Positions 12,478 through 23,589 of a DNA stretch of 34,799 nucleotides are shown here, one piece after another. The stretch is from Octopus bimaculoides (lineage: Eukaryota), in the NCBI RefSeq assembly GCF_001194135.2, contig NC_068989.1:72392140-72426938 (forward strand), written 5' to 3'. Made by a program: the position numbers and the translations under genes. Position 1 is the stretch's first letter; the number at the start of each line of letters is the position of its first letter. Below the pieces are notes generated by a model. The model ran no database searches. It saw only the letters and a program-made list of their open reading frames with translations, and had not been told where the DNA came from.

Positions 12478-12690
12478 ATATTGGTTTCACATTTTGGCAC
12501 AATGTCAGTAATTTCGGTAGAGGGGATAAGTCGATTATACTAACCCAAGTGCTGGAATGGTACTTATTTTATCGACCTCGAAAGAATGAAAGGAAAAGTC
12601 GACCTCCGCGGAATTTGAACTCAGAACGTAATGACGGACGAAATACTACCAAGCATTTTGCCCGTCGTGCTAACGATACTGCCACCGTCC
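12478..12690 (-). mobile_element. SINE family B
   Basis: Reverse-complement core AAAGTCGACCTCCGCGGAATTTGAACTCAGAACGTA. Confidence 0.85.
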
Positions 12691-13879
12691 TTGTCATGTA
12701 GGATATTAACCCCAAAACCTGCTAATGCAATGTGTTGATGGCTTTTGATCGCTACAACACATTGGCTGACGATGATAATTAGACAAATACCAATCTTTAG
12801 ACAAATGCCAATCTCACATAATGAAATCTGTTTTGTCTATGGAATTTTATCTTGAGAAGAAATACAAGAATCAACATAGATTCAGGATTAAATATTTAAC
12901 TAAGTATTCAATCATTCACGCCAATTAGAACTTACATTGTTCTTTTGTAAACAATTTATCTTATAGTTCCATTATCGTTATTTCCGTGCTTATTTTTAAT
13001 GGTGATAAAAGTAGTAAAAAAAAAATATGTTACAAAGCAAAATATATTACAAAGCGAAATTTTTGATTTAAAAACAGATAGTTACACCCACTGAGTCAAA
13101 ATTTACAAGAAGTAATACAGAAGACACAATTGTTCTTTAAAAGATAATTCGTACACGAAACTAATACAAATAGAAATATAATTTTTATAGATTGCAGTTA
13201 TTCACGTAAAATTAACAAAAACCCATGTTAGACGGCGCCATTTCTTTTCTTGTTTTTATTAATATTTCACCCATAGTATTATTATTTTGTTTTACTTCTT
13301 CATGCGAATGCTTACTTTGAACTATAATATCTATCAAGCAGATTAGCTTGACATCGCGAAGAGAAATTTTTCAGTGCAGAACATATACGTAATGAGGTAG
13401 ATAAAACACTTCCGAAAATATAGCAAAATATTTGATGGAATTCTTATGCCTCTTCATTTTGATACACTTTTTTTTTTATTTCATCAAAATGCTGGGCAGT
13501 ATCCATCTACTAGACGAAAGGTCACATTGATTCGATGATTTTATGTGCGAGAATAAAGCTTGACACGTTTATCAGAATTTTCAAATGCTGTGGCAAATAT
13601 TGCGTTGTAATTTTTTAAGTGTTGCAATTAAACACAATTTTTCTTCTGTATATGTCAGAATGCGTAAATGATACATTGGCGCAAGATTGGGAAACCTGAA
13701 TTAATTGAATAAAACGAATAAATCCATTATGTTATAAGTTAATTGAATTAATAATCGTTTTGACTTTTGTCAAAAGATGAAATCCAAGAATCAATATAAA
13801 CACATTACTAGATAATTAATAAATCAGTCAGTTAATCAATCAATAATTTACAGCAATAAAAACTTTCATTTTATAAAGT

Positions 13880-13990
13880 ATGGCTGCGTGGTTTATAAGT
13901 ATGTTTCGCAAACAGTTAATTCGGGGTTCAGTCTGAAAACCCGATGTTTGAGCGGTACTTTAAGCACGTGACTTCTACTATAGCTCCGGT
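13880..13990 (+). mobile_element. Degenerate SINE family A head
   Basis: TGGCTGCGTGG...GGGGTTCAGTC...ACTTCTACTATAGC matches 7150-7245. Confidence 0.6.
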
Positions 13991-14063
13991 GCCTTATTTT
14001 CTCTCCAGTGCCTTATTTTTTCGACCAGTGTGTTATTTTTTCTCTCTGTTTATTCCTGCATTC

Positions 14064-14099
14064 CTTTCTGTTGAAGAGCGTAGGCTTGAAACGTAAAAG
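14064..14099 (+). ncRNA. Minimal hammerhead-like motif with variant core (HHR-2) in a Penelope-like tail
   Basis: CTTT-CTGTTGA-A-GAGC-GTAG-GCTT-GAAAC-GTA-AAAG. Stem I is CTTT/AAAG, stem II is GAGC/GCTT, and an ACGT palindrome replaces the stem III loop. The core has A6 changed to U. Confidence 0.5.
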
Positions 14100-14202
14100 A
14101 CTTTCTCACTTCCCGAGCGTTAAACTAATACATCTGTATGTTGTTTACACACCCGTCTTCGTCTTTTTTTTTTGTTAAATTACAACTGTATATATATATA
14201 TA

Positions 14203-14240
14203 GGCGTAGGAATGGCTGTGTGGTAAGTAGCTTGCTTACC
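14203..14240 (+). mobile_element. SINE family A head, cut by gap
   Basis: GGCGTAGGAATGGCTGTGTGGTAAGTAGCTTGCTTACC is near-identical to 7140-7177. Confidence 0.8.
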
Positions 14241-15105
14241 NNNNNNNNNNNNNNNNNNNNNNNNNNNNNNNNNNNNNNNNNNNNNNNNNNNNNNNNNNNN
14301 NNNNNNNNNNNNNNNNNNNNNNNNNNNNNNNNNNNNNNNNNNNNNNNNNNNNNNNNNNNNNNNNNNNNNNNNNNNNNNNNNNNNNNNNNNNNNNNNNNNN
14401 NNNNNNNNNNNNNNNNNNNNNNNNNNNNNNNNNNNNNNNNNNNNNNNNNNNNNNNNNNNNNNNNNNNNNNNNNNNNNNNNNNNNNNNNNNNNNNNNNNNN
14501 NNNNNNNNNNNNNNNNNNNNNNNNNNNNNNNNNNNNNNNNNNNNNNNNNNNNNNNNNNNNNNNNNNNNNNNNNNNNNNNNNNNNNNNNNNNNNNNNNNNN
14601 NNNNNNNNNNNNNNNNNNNNNNNNNNNNNNNNNNNNNNNNNNNNNNNNNNNNNNNNNNNNNNNNNNNNNNNNNNNNNNNNNNNNNNNNNNNNNNNNNNNN
14701 NNNNNNNNNNNNNNNNNNNNNNNNNNNNNNNNNNNNNNNNNNNNNNNNNNNNNNNNNNNNNNNNNNNNNNNNNNNNNNNNNNNNNNNNNNNNNNNNNNNN
14801 NNNNNNNNNNNNNNNNNNNNNNNNNNNNNNNNNNNNNNNNNNNNNNNNNNNNNNNNNNNNNNNNNNNNNNNNNNNNNNNNNNNNNNNNNNNNNNNNNNNN
14901 NNNNNNNNNNNNNNNNNNNNNNNNNNNNNNNNNNNNNNNNNNNNNNNNNNNNNNNNNNNNNNNNNNNNNNNNNNNNNNNNNNNNNNNNNNNNNNNNNNNN
15001 NNNNNNNNNNNNNNNNNNNNNNNNNNNNNNNNNNNNNNNNNNNNNNNNNNNNNNNNNNNNNNNNNNNNNNNNNNNNNNNNNNNNNNNNTACTTGGTTCGG
15101 CACCC

Positions 15106-15107
<2 letters not shown>

Positions 15108-15183
<76 letters not shown>
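15108..15183. repeat. (AAT)n microsatellite
   Basis: About 25 perfect units. They explain the poly-N/I/L ORFs. Confidence 0.95.
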
Positions 15184-15186
<3 letters not shown>

Positions 15187-15215
15187 TCTTAACAACAACA
15201 ACAAGAATAATAAAA

Positions 15216-15432
15216 ATCTTTTCTACTCTAGGCACAAGGTCCAAAATTTTGGAGGAGGGGGCCAGTCGATTAGATCGACTCCAGTACACAACTGGTTCTT
15301 AATTTATCGACCCCGAAAGGATGAAAGGAAAAGTCGACCTCGGCGGAATTTGAACTGAGAACATTAAGACAGACGAAATACCGCTAAGCATTTCGCCCGA
15401 CGTGCTAACGTTTTCTGCCAGCTCGCCGCCTT
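15216..15432 (-). mobile_element. SINE family B, near full length
   Basis: The minus strand begins AAGGCGGCGAGCTGGCAGAAAACGTTAGCAC and contains B-box-like GTTCAAATTCC. It is flanked by (ATT/GTT)n on both sides. Confidence 0.9.
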
Positions 15433-15454
15433 ACAACAACAATAATAATAATAA

Positions 15455-15800
15455 ATGTCCTGATGCAATACCAGGCAATGACTCATGGCTTTTGATCTTA
15501 ACTGAATGTTTTGTCTTGGTATAAAAGATGGGCTACAATAAATATTCTGCTCAATACCACAGATTTGCTTGTCATTTGCTTGACTGTAACTTAGTGGCTG
15601 ACGATATATACACCTCCGATCACGAGCAGAAGTGGTGGGGGAACATCATAGAGACTTTTGTTAAGAGGACTTCTTTGGGTCTTGAATGATTCATCTCTGG
15701 AAACATGGGTGTTTTGTTCGTCATCCTTAGAGAAACCTTATTCAGGGATATTTTGAGCGGGATGGGCTACTCAACCTGAAGAAAATTCTAACATCGGTCC
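15455..15800 (-). mobile_element. Unclassified retroposon-like element ending in an (ATT)n tail
   Basis: The minus strand ends in TATTATT repeats. A degraded paralog (ATGGCTTTTGATC...TGGCTGACGAT) occurs at ~12720-12775. Confidence 0.5.
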
Positions 15801-15801
15801 T

Positions 15802-16150
15802 AGTGCGTAACTTGTACTTATTTTATCGACTCTGAAAGAATGAAAGGCAAAGTCGACCTCGGTGGCGTTTGAGCCCAGAATGGAAAGACGGACGAAATGT
15901 CCGTAAGCATTTCGTCCGGTGTGCTTTCGATTCTACCAGATCACTGTCTTCATATATATGTATCTAATAGAAATATATGGCCTGTAATTTTGGAGAAGTA
16001 TAATCGATAATGTCGAACCCAGTTCATATAGAATTGATCACGGAAGGATGAAAGGTAAAACTGAGCTTGACGAGATTAGAACTCAGAACGTAAAGCGCCA
16101 GAAAAAAATACTACAAAACATATTCTAACAATTCTGCCAGATCGCCGCCA
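15802..16150 (-). mobile_element. Two further tandem SINE family B copies (15802-15950; 15975-16150)
   Basis: Both carry the GAAAGG(C/T)AAA...ACTCAGAACG core on the same strand. Confidence 0.75.
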
Positions 16151-16574
16151 ATATCTAAGACAAGATTAAAGAAAATGTATCAGAGACAACATCATACAAT
16201 GTCTCTATTACCTTAAAAAACTGCCAGTGAGTGTATGCAATGTAACTGGCAATTTGGCTGTTATTTCTTCCATATCAAGTGACCACATTAGAAGCCCCTT
16301 CCTCTCTTCTTTGATTTAGTTACTGACTTAATTTCGATATCAGTCGGACTAGCTGAAACAATCTGTGCTGTTGATAACAATTATCTCTCTTATTATCAAT
16401 GGCAGACGCTGGCTGTGGCACATGCTGAAAAAGCGTCTATTTTCATTACAAACGAAGCTTTTAAAACAGATGTTGTTGTGGCTTGATTGTTTGTGTAAGA
16501 ACATGCCGCCCTTACAGCAGCAACACCGGCCGTGGTAAGATGTAATTGGTAGTGTGGGAGCTAACTATTGTGTA

Positions 16575-16673
<99 letters not shown>

Positions 16674-16699
16674 CGTGTGCGTGTTTGTATGTTTGTATG

Positions 16700-16888
16700 T
16701 ACATTATTTACATTTGACAGATATTTGTCCTCATCTTGTTTGTTGTTAACATAACGTTTCGGCTGATATACCCTCTAGCCTTCATCAGGTGTCTTGGGGA
16801 AATTTCGAACCTGGGTATTTTCCTAAGGTATTTTTTTCGATGTTATTATTATCATTATTATCATTATTATTATCATTATTCAAGTCAC
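16700..16888 (-). mobile_element. Penelope-like tail carrying a minimal hammerhead motif (HHR-3 at 16748-16793)
   Basis: The minus strand reads GTGACTTG-(AAT)n-...-GACAC-CTGATGA-A-GGCT-AGAGGGTATATC-AGCC-GAAAC-GTT-ATGTT. The core is intact and an AACGTT palindrome is present. Confidence 0.65.
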
Positions 16889-16889
16889 G

Positions 16890-16980
16890 GGCATATGGCG
16901 TAGTGGTTAAGAGCGTGGGCTACAAACCCTAAGATTCCGAGTTCGATTCCAGGTAGTGACCTGAATAATAATAATAATTA
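16890..16980 (+). mobile_element. tRNA-derived SINE head with (AAT)n
   Basis: Consensus A box TGGCGTAGTGG (16896-16906) and B box GTTCGATTCC (16941-16950), then GTGACCTG(AAT)n. The acceptor stem is not paired, so this is not a functional tRNA. Confidence 0.75.
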
Positions 16981-16982
16981 AT

Positions 16983-17351
16983 TCTGGTTTTATTGGCCAC
17001 AAGGGCTAATATAAGTTAAAAACACGTAAGGACAAAAACAGGACGAAGGTTACAAAGGGTTTTGTCTGAAAAGAAAACTTTCGTGTAAACAGTGAGGAAA
17101 ACAGAAGAAGTATAACAAATAAAACTCCCAATAGGGGAAGGCGCTTCGAAAGGTTACACGTGGAGCCTGGTCAGAAAACAAGAAAGAGTTATAGAGCCCT
17201 TTCTCCTTTTATATTACCCTTTCTTTTACAGGTGTATTCTCAGAATTGGTCCGTTCATACTGGCCATTCTTCCAACAGTCATCCATCTTTCAACAAATTT
17301 GCTATGAGACAGAACTTCCCTCTCTACTCTCATCTTCCTTTTCAAGTGGAA
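16983..17351 (-). mobile_element. 5'-truncated non-LTR retrotransposon 3' end (L1/Tx1-like ORF2 C-terminus plus 3' UTR)
   Basis: Minus frame 17351-17226 gives FHLKRKMRVEREVLSHSKFVERWMTVGRMASMNGPILRIHL*, with the FxxRW motif typical of the L1/Tx1 ORF2 end. A pyrimidine-rich UTR then ends in AATAAA and (ATT)n. The clade call is from pattern recall. Confidence 0.6.
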
Positions 17352-17655
17352 TTTACGACAATGAATGCAGTACCTCTAACTACTCAACCACGCTTCTCCA
17401 CATTTGTGTATGTGTGTGTGTGCACACGCACACACACTCACACAACATATGGAAGGACAGAATGGGCTAAGCGGAGCAGGAGAATGCACGTAGATTGAAA
17501 GGGTCACTGAAGAAATATCACATATATGTGACTAATGATTTCCAGACAATGGACATAAGATAAAATAAGAACGATAATAAACGAGTGAAGAACGAATATA
17601 TAATGCGTGTGTTTATTTGGCAAAAAGAAAATGACCGTCCCGAAATATAACAATA

Positions 17656-17841
17656 TATTTTGGGGTAGAGGTTAGCCGATTACATAGACTCTGGTACTGA
17701 ACTGTTACCTTCTTTATTGACTCCGAAAGGATGGAATGGATAGTCGAACCCGGTGGTATTTGAACTCAGAACGTAAAGTCGTAAAAAATGCCGGTAAGCA
17801 ATTTTTCCGGAGCTGTAATGATTCTGCCAGCTCGCCGCCTT
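17656..17841 (-). mobile_element. SINE family B
   Basis: TTTGAACTCAGAACGTAAAG...TTCTGCCAGCTCGCCGCC. Confidence 0.8.
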
Positions 17842-18487
17842 TTTATGTGTGTATAACATTTAAAAGTTTATTTCTCTCTCTCTCTCACTTTCTTTCCAGC
17901 TTTTGTTATCAAGGAAAACAGACGCTCGCTGTTTCCAGCCTAGTTGCAGGTCTATGCATATTAGGACAAGACAACCGTATAAACAAAGACAGACAGTGTA
18001 AATAAACTGGAAACCGATCAGCAGCAACATTCGTCACGTTTTACTTCAGTTCCATTGACATATTGCACTTAGTACTTAGGAATCGATGGCACCCATTCCA
18101 TATCTTCATATTTCGTATCCAGGCAGTTTGTGCTTACCCTGTAGTAGTAGTAGTAGTAGTAGTAGTTATTGTTAATGTTCTTTTTAATGTTCTTTTTTAG
18201 CCCGAGGTTAGCTTTGATCTGGTTGGCTTATAATCAAAGACTACACCCAAAGCAATGTCATCCATGACACGAAGTTATGGTTTAACCCCGGAAGATCAAA
18301 AGCGTTTCATCTGTGACCACCCCGTCCTTTTTTTTTTTTCATACATAATATATCTAGGACTACAATATCTAATATGTGTCTTTCCCTTTTAAATTCACTC
18401 CAGCCAGCCGTCACTTGCTAACATGGTAATTTGATGACATGTACCATGTTTCAACTAATTGCTTGAAGTCCCTCAGTAGTCGTGAAG

Positions 18488-18893
18488 AGGAGGCGCAATG
18501 GCCCAGTGGTTAGGGCAGCGGATTCGCGGTCAGAGGATCGCGGTTTCGATTCCCAGACCGGGCGTTGTGAGTGCTTATTGAGGCTCCGGCAGGGGATGGT
18601 GGCGAACCCTGCTGTACTCTTTCACCACAACTTTCTCTCTCTCTTACTTTCTGTTTCTGTTGTGTCTGTAATTCAAGAGGCCAGCCTTGTCACACTGTGT
18701 CACGCTGAATATCCCCGAGAACTACGTTAAGGGTACACGTGTCTGTGGAATACTTAGCCACTTGCACGTTAATTTCACGANNNNNNNNNNGTGGAATACT
18801 TAGCCACTTGCACGTTAATTTCACGAGCAAGCTGTTCCGTCGATCGGATCAACTGGAACCCTCGACGTCGTAAGCGACGGAGTGCCAACAAAA
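18488..18893 (+). mobile_element. Full-length tRNA-derived SINE family C with 10-bp TSD
   Basis: A box TGGCCCAGTGG (18499-18509) and B box GTTTCGATTCC (18543-18553). TSD AGTCGTGAAG at 18478-18487 and 18894-18903. Confidence 0.9.
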
Positions 18894-19753
18894 AGTCGTG
18901 AAGGGACATAGAACGCTTTCGGTTCCCTCTATAGCCGTGACAGGACATAGAAACCGTTTGACTTCCTCATCCTTGGTGCACCAGAACAGAGATTGTGATT
19001 CGACAGATGTTTTACTGCTATTTCTAGCAGATCAAGCAATTATATAGAGGCTCTACGGAAGGCTTACCTTCCAAGGAGTTCATAAAATATATGGCTTCTT
19101 TCAACTCATTCTTTCTTTCTGTCTTCATTATTTCTTTCGTTCTACCGTAATCTTCACATTATATTCTTTTCCTTCTTACTTCATTCTTTTCTTTTGTTTT
19201 TTCTACATTTCCTTTTTCATTTACCATTCTTCTTTCCTATTTTCTCTTTCCTTTCTAACTTCCCTTGTTTCTTCCTTGCCGTCATTTATTCCTTCCCTTG
19301 CTCTCTTTCTATCTCGTTCTGTCTCATCATTCTTTATTCTTTATTCAACTACAACCACCCCTATCGTACCTCCCATCTCATCACTTTAGTTTACAGTTTC
19401 ACAACGAAATGCCTCTATTAATCGCATCAAAGAAGATTATTCTTCCTGATAATATCTAAAAACTGGCCATCCTCCCGCCATATCCCATCACCCCTTGTTG
19501 ATAGTGTGGATCTGGATTGTGATGACGGGTCCGTTTAAATAAAATAAATACTACGGTAGGTCTCCCCTTACCCGCACTCCAAAAGTTAAATAACGCTCCT
19601 CATATTCATACATTCATACATTCATGTATGCATATGTACATATAAACATATACACATATATACTTACATACAAACAAACATAGGTATATTCATGTCTATA
19701 TATAAAAAAATCATATATGACTTAGTTATTTGTATATATGCCTTATTCTCATC

Positions 19754-19801
<48 letters not shown>

Positions 19802-19950
19802 GATGTGTGTGCGTGTGCATATGCGTGTTCGCGTCTCTGCGTGTGTATACATACATTATATATATATATACACACACACTTATGAGAGAGAGATAGATAA
19901 AAGAAGAAAGAGAGAATGGTGAGGGAAAGTGTGAGTGGGATATATGCGTG

Positions 19951-20047
<97 letters not shown>

Positions 20048-20880
20048 ATGAGGGAGGGCAAGAGAGTGAGAAACAGAGGGAGTGGGTGAGAGAAATTAAC
20101 GCGTATTTGACCCGATGTATACAATTTTGATTGTAAGTGTACAGTGCTGTGTGAACTTTAGTTGCGTTCACCATTAATCTCATTGTCCCATCTGATATTT
20201 AGACTTCCTACGAATAACCTCAGAAATACGTTTACAACTACGCACTTTCTTCTTTACATATCCGATATATTACTAGCGCTGACTGGTAATTGCGGATTTG
20301 TCTTTGTGGAATTTCGTTAGGGCAAGTAAGCAGGTGAGGTTTGCAGTGCGGAGCACTTTGAGCAAGTATCTTCAACTAATGTGTCGAGGTTGGAGTTTGA
20401 TAGACAGAATCTGTGCAGGAATTCATCGTATGTGAAAGTTTGTAAGTGTGTGTGTGTGTGTGTGTGTGTGTACGCGCGCGTAAAATCAGATATATTATAT
20501 ATATATGTTATATATATAGGGAGAATTCACAAAAAAAAAATTGAAAGCAAAGATAGTACGACAATAGCAAAGTCTTTGCAGAGTAATTGAAAACTACCAC
20601 CTGAAATGAATATTTTTTTAAACAACTGAACGTCAGAATCTTATGTTTGATAACAGATAATTCAAATATAACAAAATAAACAGTTCGAAATTGGTTTCAT
20701 CGATTGCTAGTAGATAAAGATTAACATTCTGTTTCTCAGCATTTTTTAATGTTTTGTGTGCATTAATAATTCTGACCAAGTATAATGTTTCTATTTGAAT
20801 TGAATATAATATAGAATAAAAGTTACTTGTCAATAGAAATGTTTTGTATCTCGTACATGAAATAGTAATATATAGTTTAA

Positions 20881-21025
20881 GATGGTCGATTAGCAGAGCC
20901 GTTAGGACGCCGAATAGATTAGTTTGCGGAATTTGTATCGGTTCTCTACGCTCCGACGAGTTTAAATAATTCCGAGATCAAATTTGCCTTTCATATTTTC
21001 GGGGTTGATGAATAAAGTATCAGTC
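20881..21025 (+). mobile_element. SINE family B, old diverged copy
   Basis: GCAGAGCCGTTAGGACGCCG...AATTTGCCTTTCATATTTTCGGGGTTGAT. Confidence 0.6.
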
Positions 21026-21884
21026 CTATATTGAAATCATTTCTTCTTTTTCTCTAACTCGTTCTTGTTTTTCGTCTGACTCTCACTCATTTATAACAGA
21101 TCGGCTGTAGTCAGACGTGGATAGGAATGGGTTTCATTCACCAGGGTTAAAAAATTGTTCAAGACACGCTGTATGTCACGATGACCGTTTTACAACTCCA
21201 TGAAACAATTGTGGGCCCCAGGCAATGCATAATCAACTATCTATAGTAATTAAATAACTCAAATATTTTTCTATACTTAATAGACCCGTATGTATGCATA
21301 CATACATGCATACAAATCTGAGACTCTTACGTGTGTGAGTATCTACTCACACTTGGGTGTATGCACCAACAGTTCAACTAACACATCAACTCAATCACAT
21401 ATTTACAAACGCCAGGAACTCTTGTCGCTTAGCAACCGGCTTGAACTCTCTGAAGAACTTAAATTAAACTCAAAGAAAAATAATACATACATACACACAC
21501 ACACACACACATTAACACACATATATACATTTACACATTTACATATATATGTGTGTGTATATATACATACATATATANNNNNNNNNNNNNNNNNNNNNNN
21601 NNNNNNNNNNNNNNNNNNNNNNNNNNNNNNNNNNNNNNNNNNNNNNNNNNNNNNNNNNNNNNNNNNNNNNNNNNNNNNNNNNNNNNNNNNNNNNNNNNNN
21701 NNNNNNNNNNNNNNNNNNNNNNNNNNNNNNNNNNNNNNNNNNNNNNNNNNNNNNNNNNNNNNNNNNNNNNNNNNNNNNNNNNNNNNNNNNNNNNNNNNNN
21801 NNNNNNNNNNNNNNNNNNNNNNNNNNNNNNNNNNNNNNNNNNNNNNNNNNNNNNNNNNNNNNNNNNNNNNNNNNNNNNNNNNNN

Positions 21885-21967
<83 letters not shown>

Positions 21968-21983
21968 AATGTTAAGTATATTC

Positions 21984-22029
21984 GAGAGTCTGAAGAAGGC
22001 CAGCAGGTTGAAACTTCGAAGTCACTATT
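21984..22029 (+). ncRNA. Minimal type I hammerhead ribozyme with palindromic stem III (HHR-4)
   Basis: GAGAGT-CTGAAGA-A-GGCC-AGCA-GGTT-GAAAC-TTCGAA-GTC-ACTATT. The core and GUC triplet are intact, ACTTCGAAGT (22013-22022) is a perfect palindrome, and stem I has one mismatch. Confidence 0.7.
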
Positions 22030-22093
22030 ACACTTCGGGTAAAAGTTTGATAAACATGTACTCAACTAGAAAATATTGTGTAATTCTTTAGTT

Positions 22094-22424
22094 CAGGCTT
22101 GGCAAACTTGAATTACATTGCAGGCCACTTTAATCACGGAAAGTTTCTTGAGGGCCGCTTGTATACTGGCAGAATGGAAAATATTTTGCTTTCTCATTCT
22201 ATTATTACAATAATGAATGAACGATCGTTGACTGAACATGAAATGTTATCTTTGCTAAAACAGTAGTATCTTTCTTTTTTACTTTTCATTACAATCGTTA
22301 ATTTTTGATAAATTTTTTAAAATGTTTGTTTAAATAAACCCATTTCAAGAAAGTATCAAGCGGGCCGCAAGACAAAAGTATGCGGACCGCACGGGACCCG
22401 CAGGCCTCAGGTTGCCTAGTCTTG
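22094..22424. mobile_element. Non-autonomous hAT (Charlie-like) MITE, 331 bp
   Basis: Imperfect TIRs CAGGCTTGGCAAAC / GGTTGCCTAGTCTTG. Perfect 8-bp TSD CTTTAGTT (22086-22093, 22425-22432). GCGGGCCGC-type subterminal repeats. Confidence 0.85.
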
Positions 22425-22525
22425 CTTTAGTTAAATGTGAAATTGCCTTTGTACATAACTCGATATAAAAACAAACAGTAATACGCATGCGCGTGCGTGC
22501 ATACACAACCACACATACACAAAGC

Positions 22526-22579
<54 letters not shown>

Positions 22580-23199
22580 CAACAGTTAGTTTGATACGTA
22601 GTCTTATAGACGTTTAGATGTTTAGATAGATAACTTTCTCTATCTCACTGGAAACGTATCTCAGTTTCTTTATGGCGAACATAATAATGTCTTTGTTTCA
22701 ACTCCTTCTATTGACTGTAAGTAAATAAATAAATACATTTGAACCAAAAGAAGAACGTAATATCTTATTCCTCAAACTTAATCAATCCTGCATCGTGTAT
22801 ATGCCATCCAAATGTCAAAATTTACAGTTTGCAACATAAAAACACCCCATATTTTACACAGCCATTGATGTAGTGCCATGGAACTGAGGCAGATTGTAAT
22901 GCTGTATACGTCTAGCTAGTGTTTCACCGTTTTTATTCAATTACAAGGTAAAGTTTCGACTGGTGTATTTTGTGTGTTTCTTGTCGAAACGTATACCAAG
23001 AATAGCGTATCTGGGAGGTATTTTTTTTTTGCTGCACCCTGTGTGATGTTAGTTAAAATCATATTTTTTATTCTAGAAAAGACAATTTTAATTTTTACTT
23101 CTTATCTGTATCCGTTTGCTTCTATGTTCATCAACACTGTATAGCTTTGGTATTTTAAGTTTCTCGTTTCTTTACTTTCTCTCACTTGTTTTGTATTGT

Positions 23200-23340
23200 T
23201 GAAACACAAGGTCTTATGACTGGGATGTTTGACTCGTAATCGAAAGGCTGTGAGTTCAATTCCTAAACTGAGTAGTGCGGCAGGATATTGTGTCCTTGAG
23301 CAAAATACTTCATTTCCAGTTACTCCACTCTACTGAACTG
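23200..23340 (+). mobile_element. Degenerate tRNA-headed SINE with a CORE/V-like central motif
   Basis: GTGAGTTCAATTCC B-box followed by TGTGTCCTTGAGCAAAATACTTCATTTC. Confidence 0.5.
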
Positions 23341-23589
23341 TTTTCGGAGCCAAGCTGTTGCTGGGCCAGCTGTGTCTTCGCCACCCCCGACAGTTATATG
23401 TCATATGTTTGGCTGGATCAAGGATGAGGGGTTTAAGACGGTGACTATGTCAGCTCGTGCATACATAGTCACTTGAAATAATTAGCAAAAGCTAATTGGT
23501 ATATACAATCGAGTGATACCCACTCGCAAGTGAAAGCGTCACACTTAAAGATTTAGCTTGTTTATTAACCAGCTTCTGTAATTAGCCTT

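Noticed and set aside
17232-17400. Apparent plus-strand exon after a very strong acceptor (ORFs 17160..17498 and 17246..17470)
   Set aside because: Better explained as the antisense of the LINE ORF2 C-terminus, and there is no good donor site.
17507-17535. CTGAAGA followed by the 14-bp palindrome TCACATATATGTGA
   Set aside because: No GAAA after the stem and no cleavage triplet.
18745-18826. Exact 36-nt direct repeat inside SINE-C
   Set aside because: The two copies (18745-18780, 18791-18826) flank a 10-N gap, which indicates an unmerged contig overlap rather than biology.
19090-19420. Long pyrimidine-rich tract
   Set aside because: Low-complexity sequence with no mirror symmetry or downstream exon that I can support.
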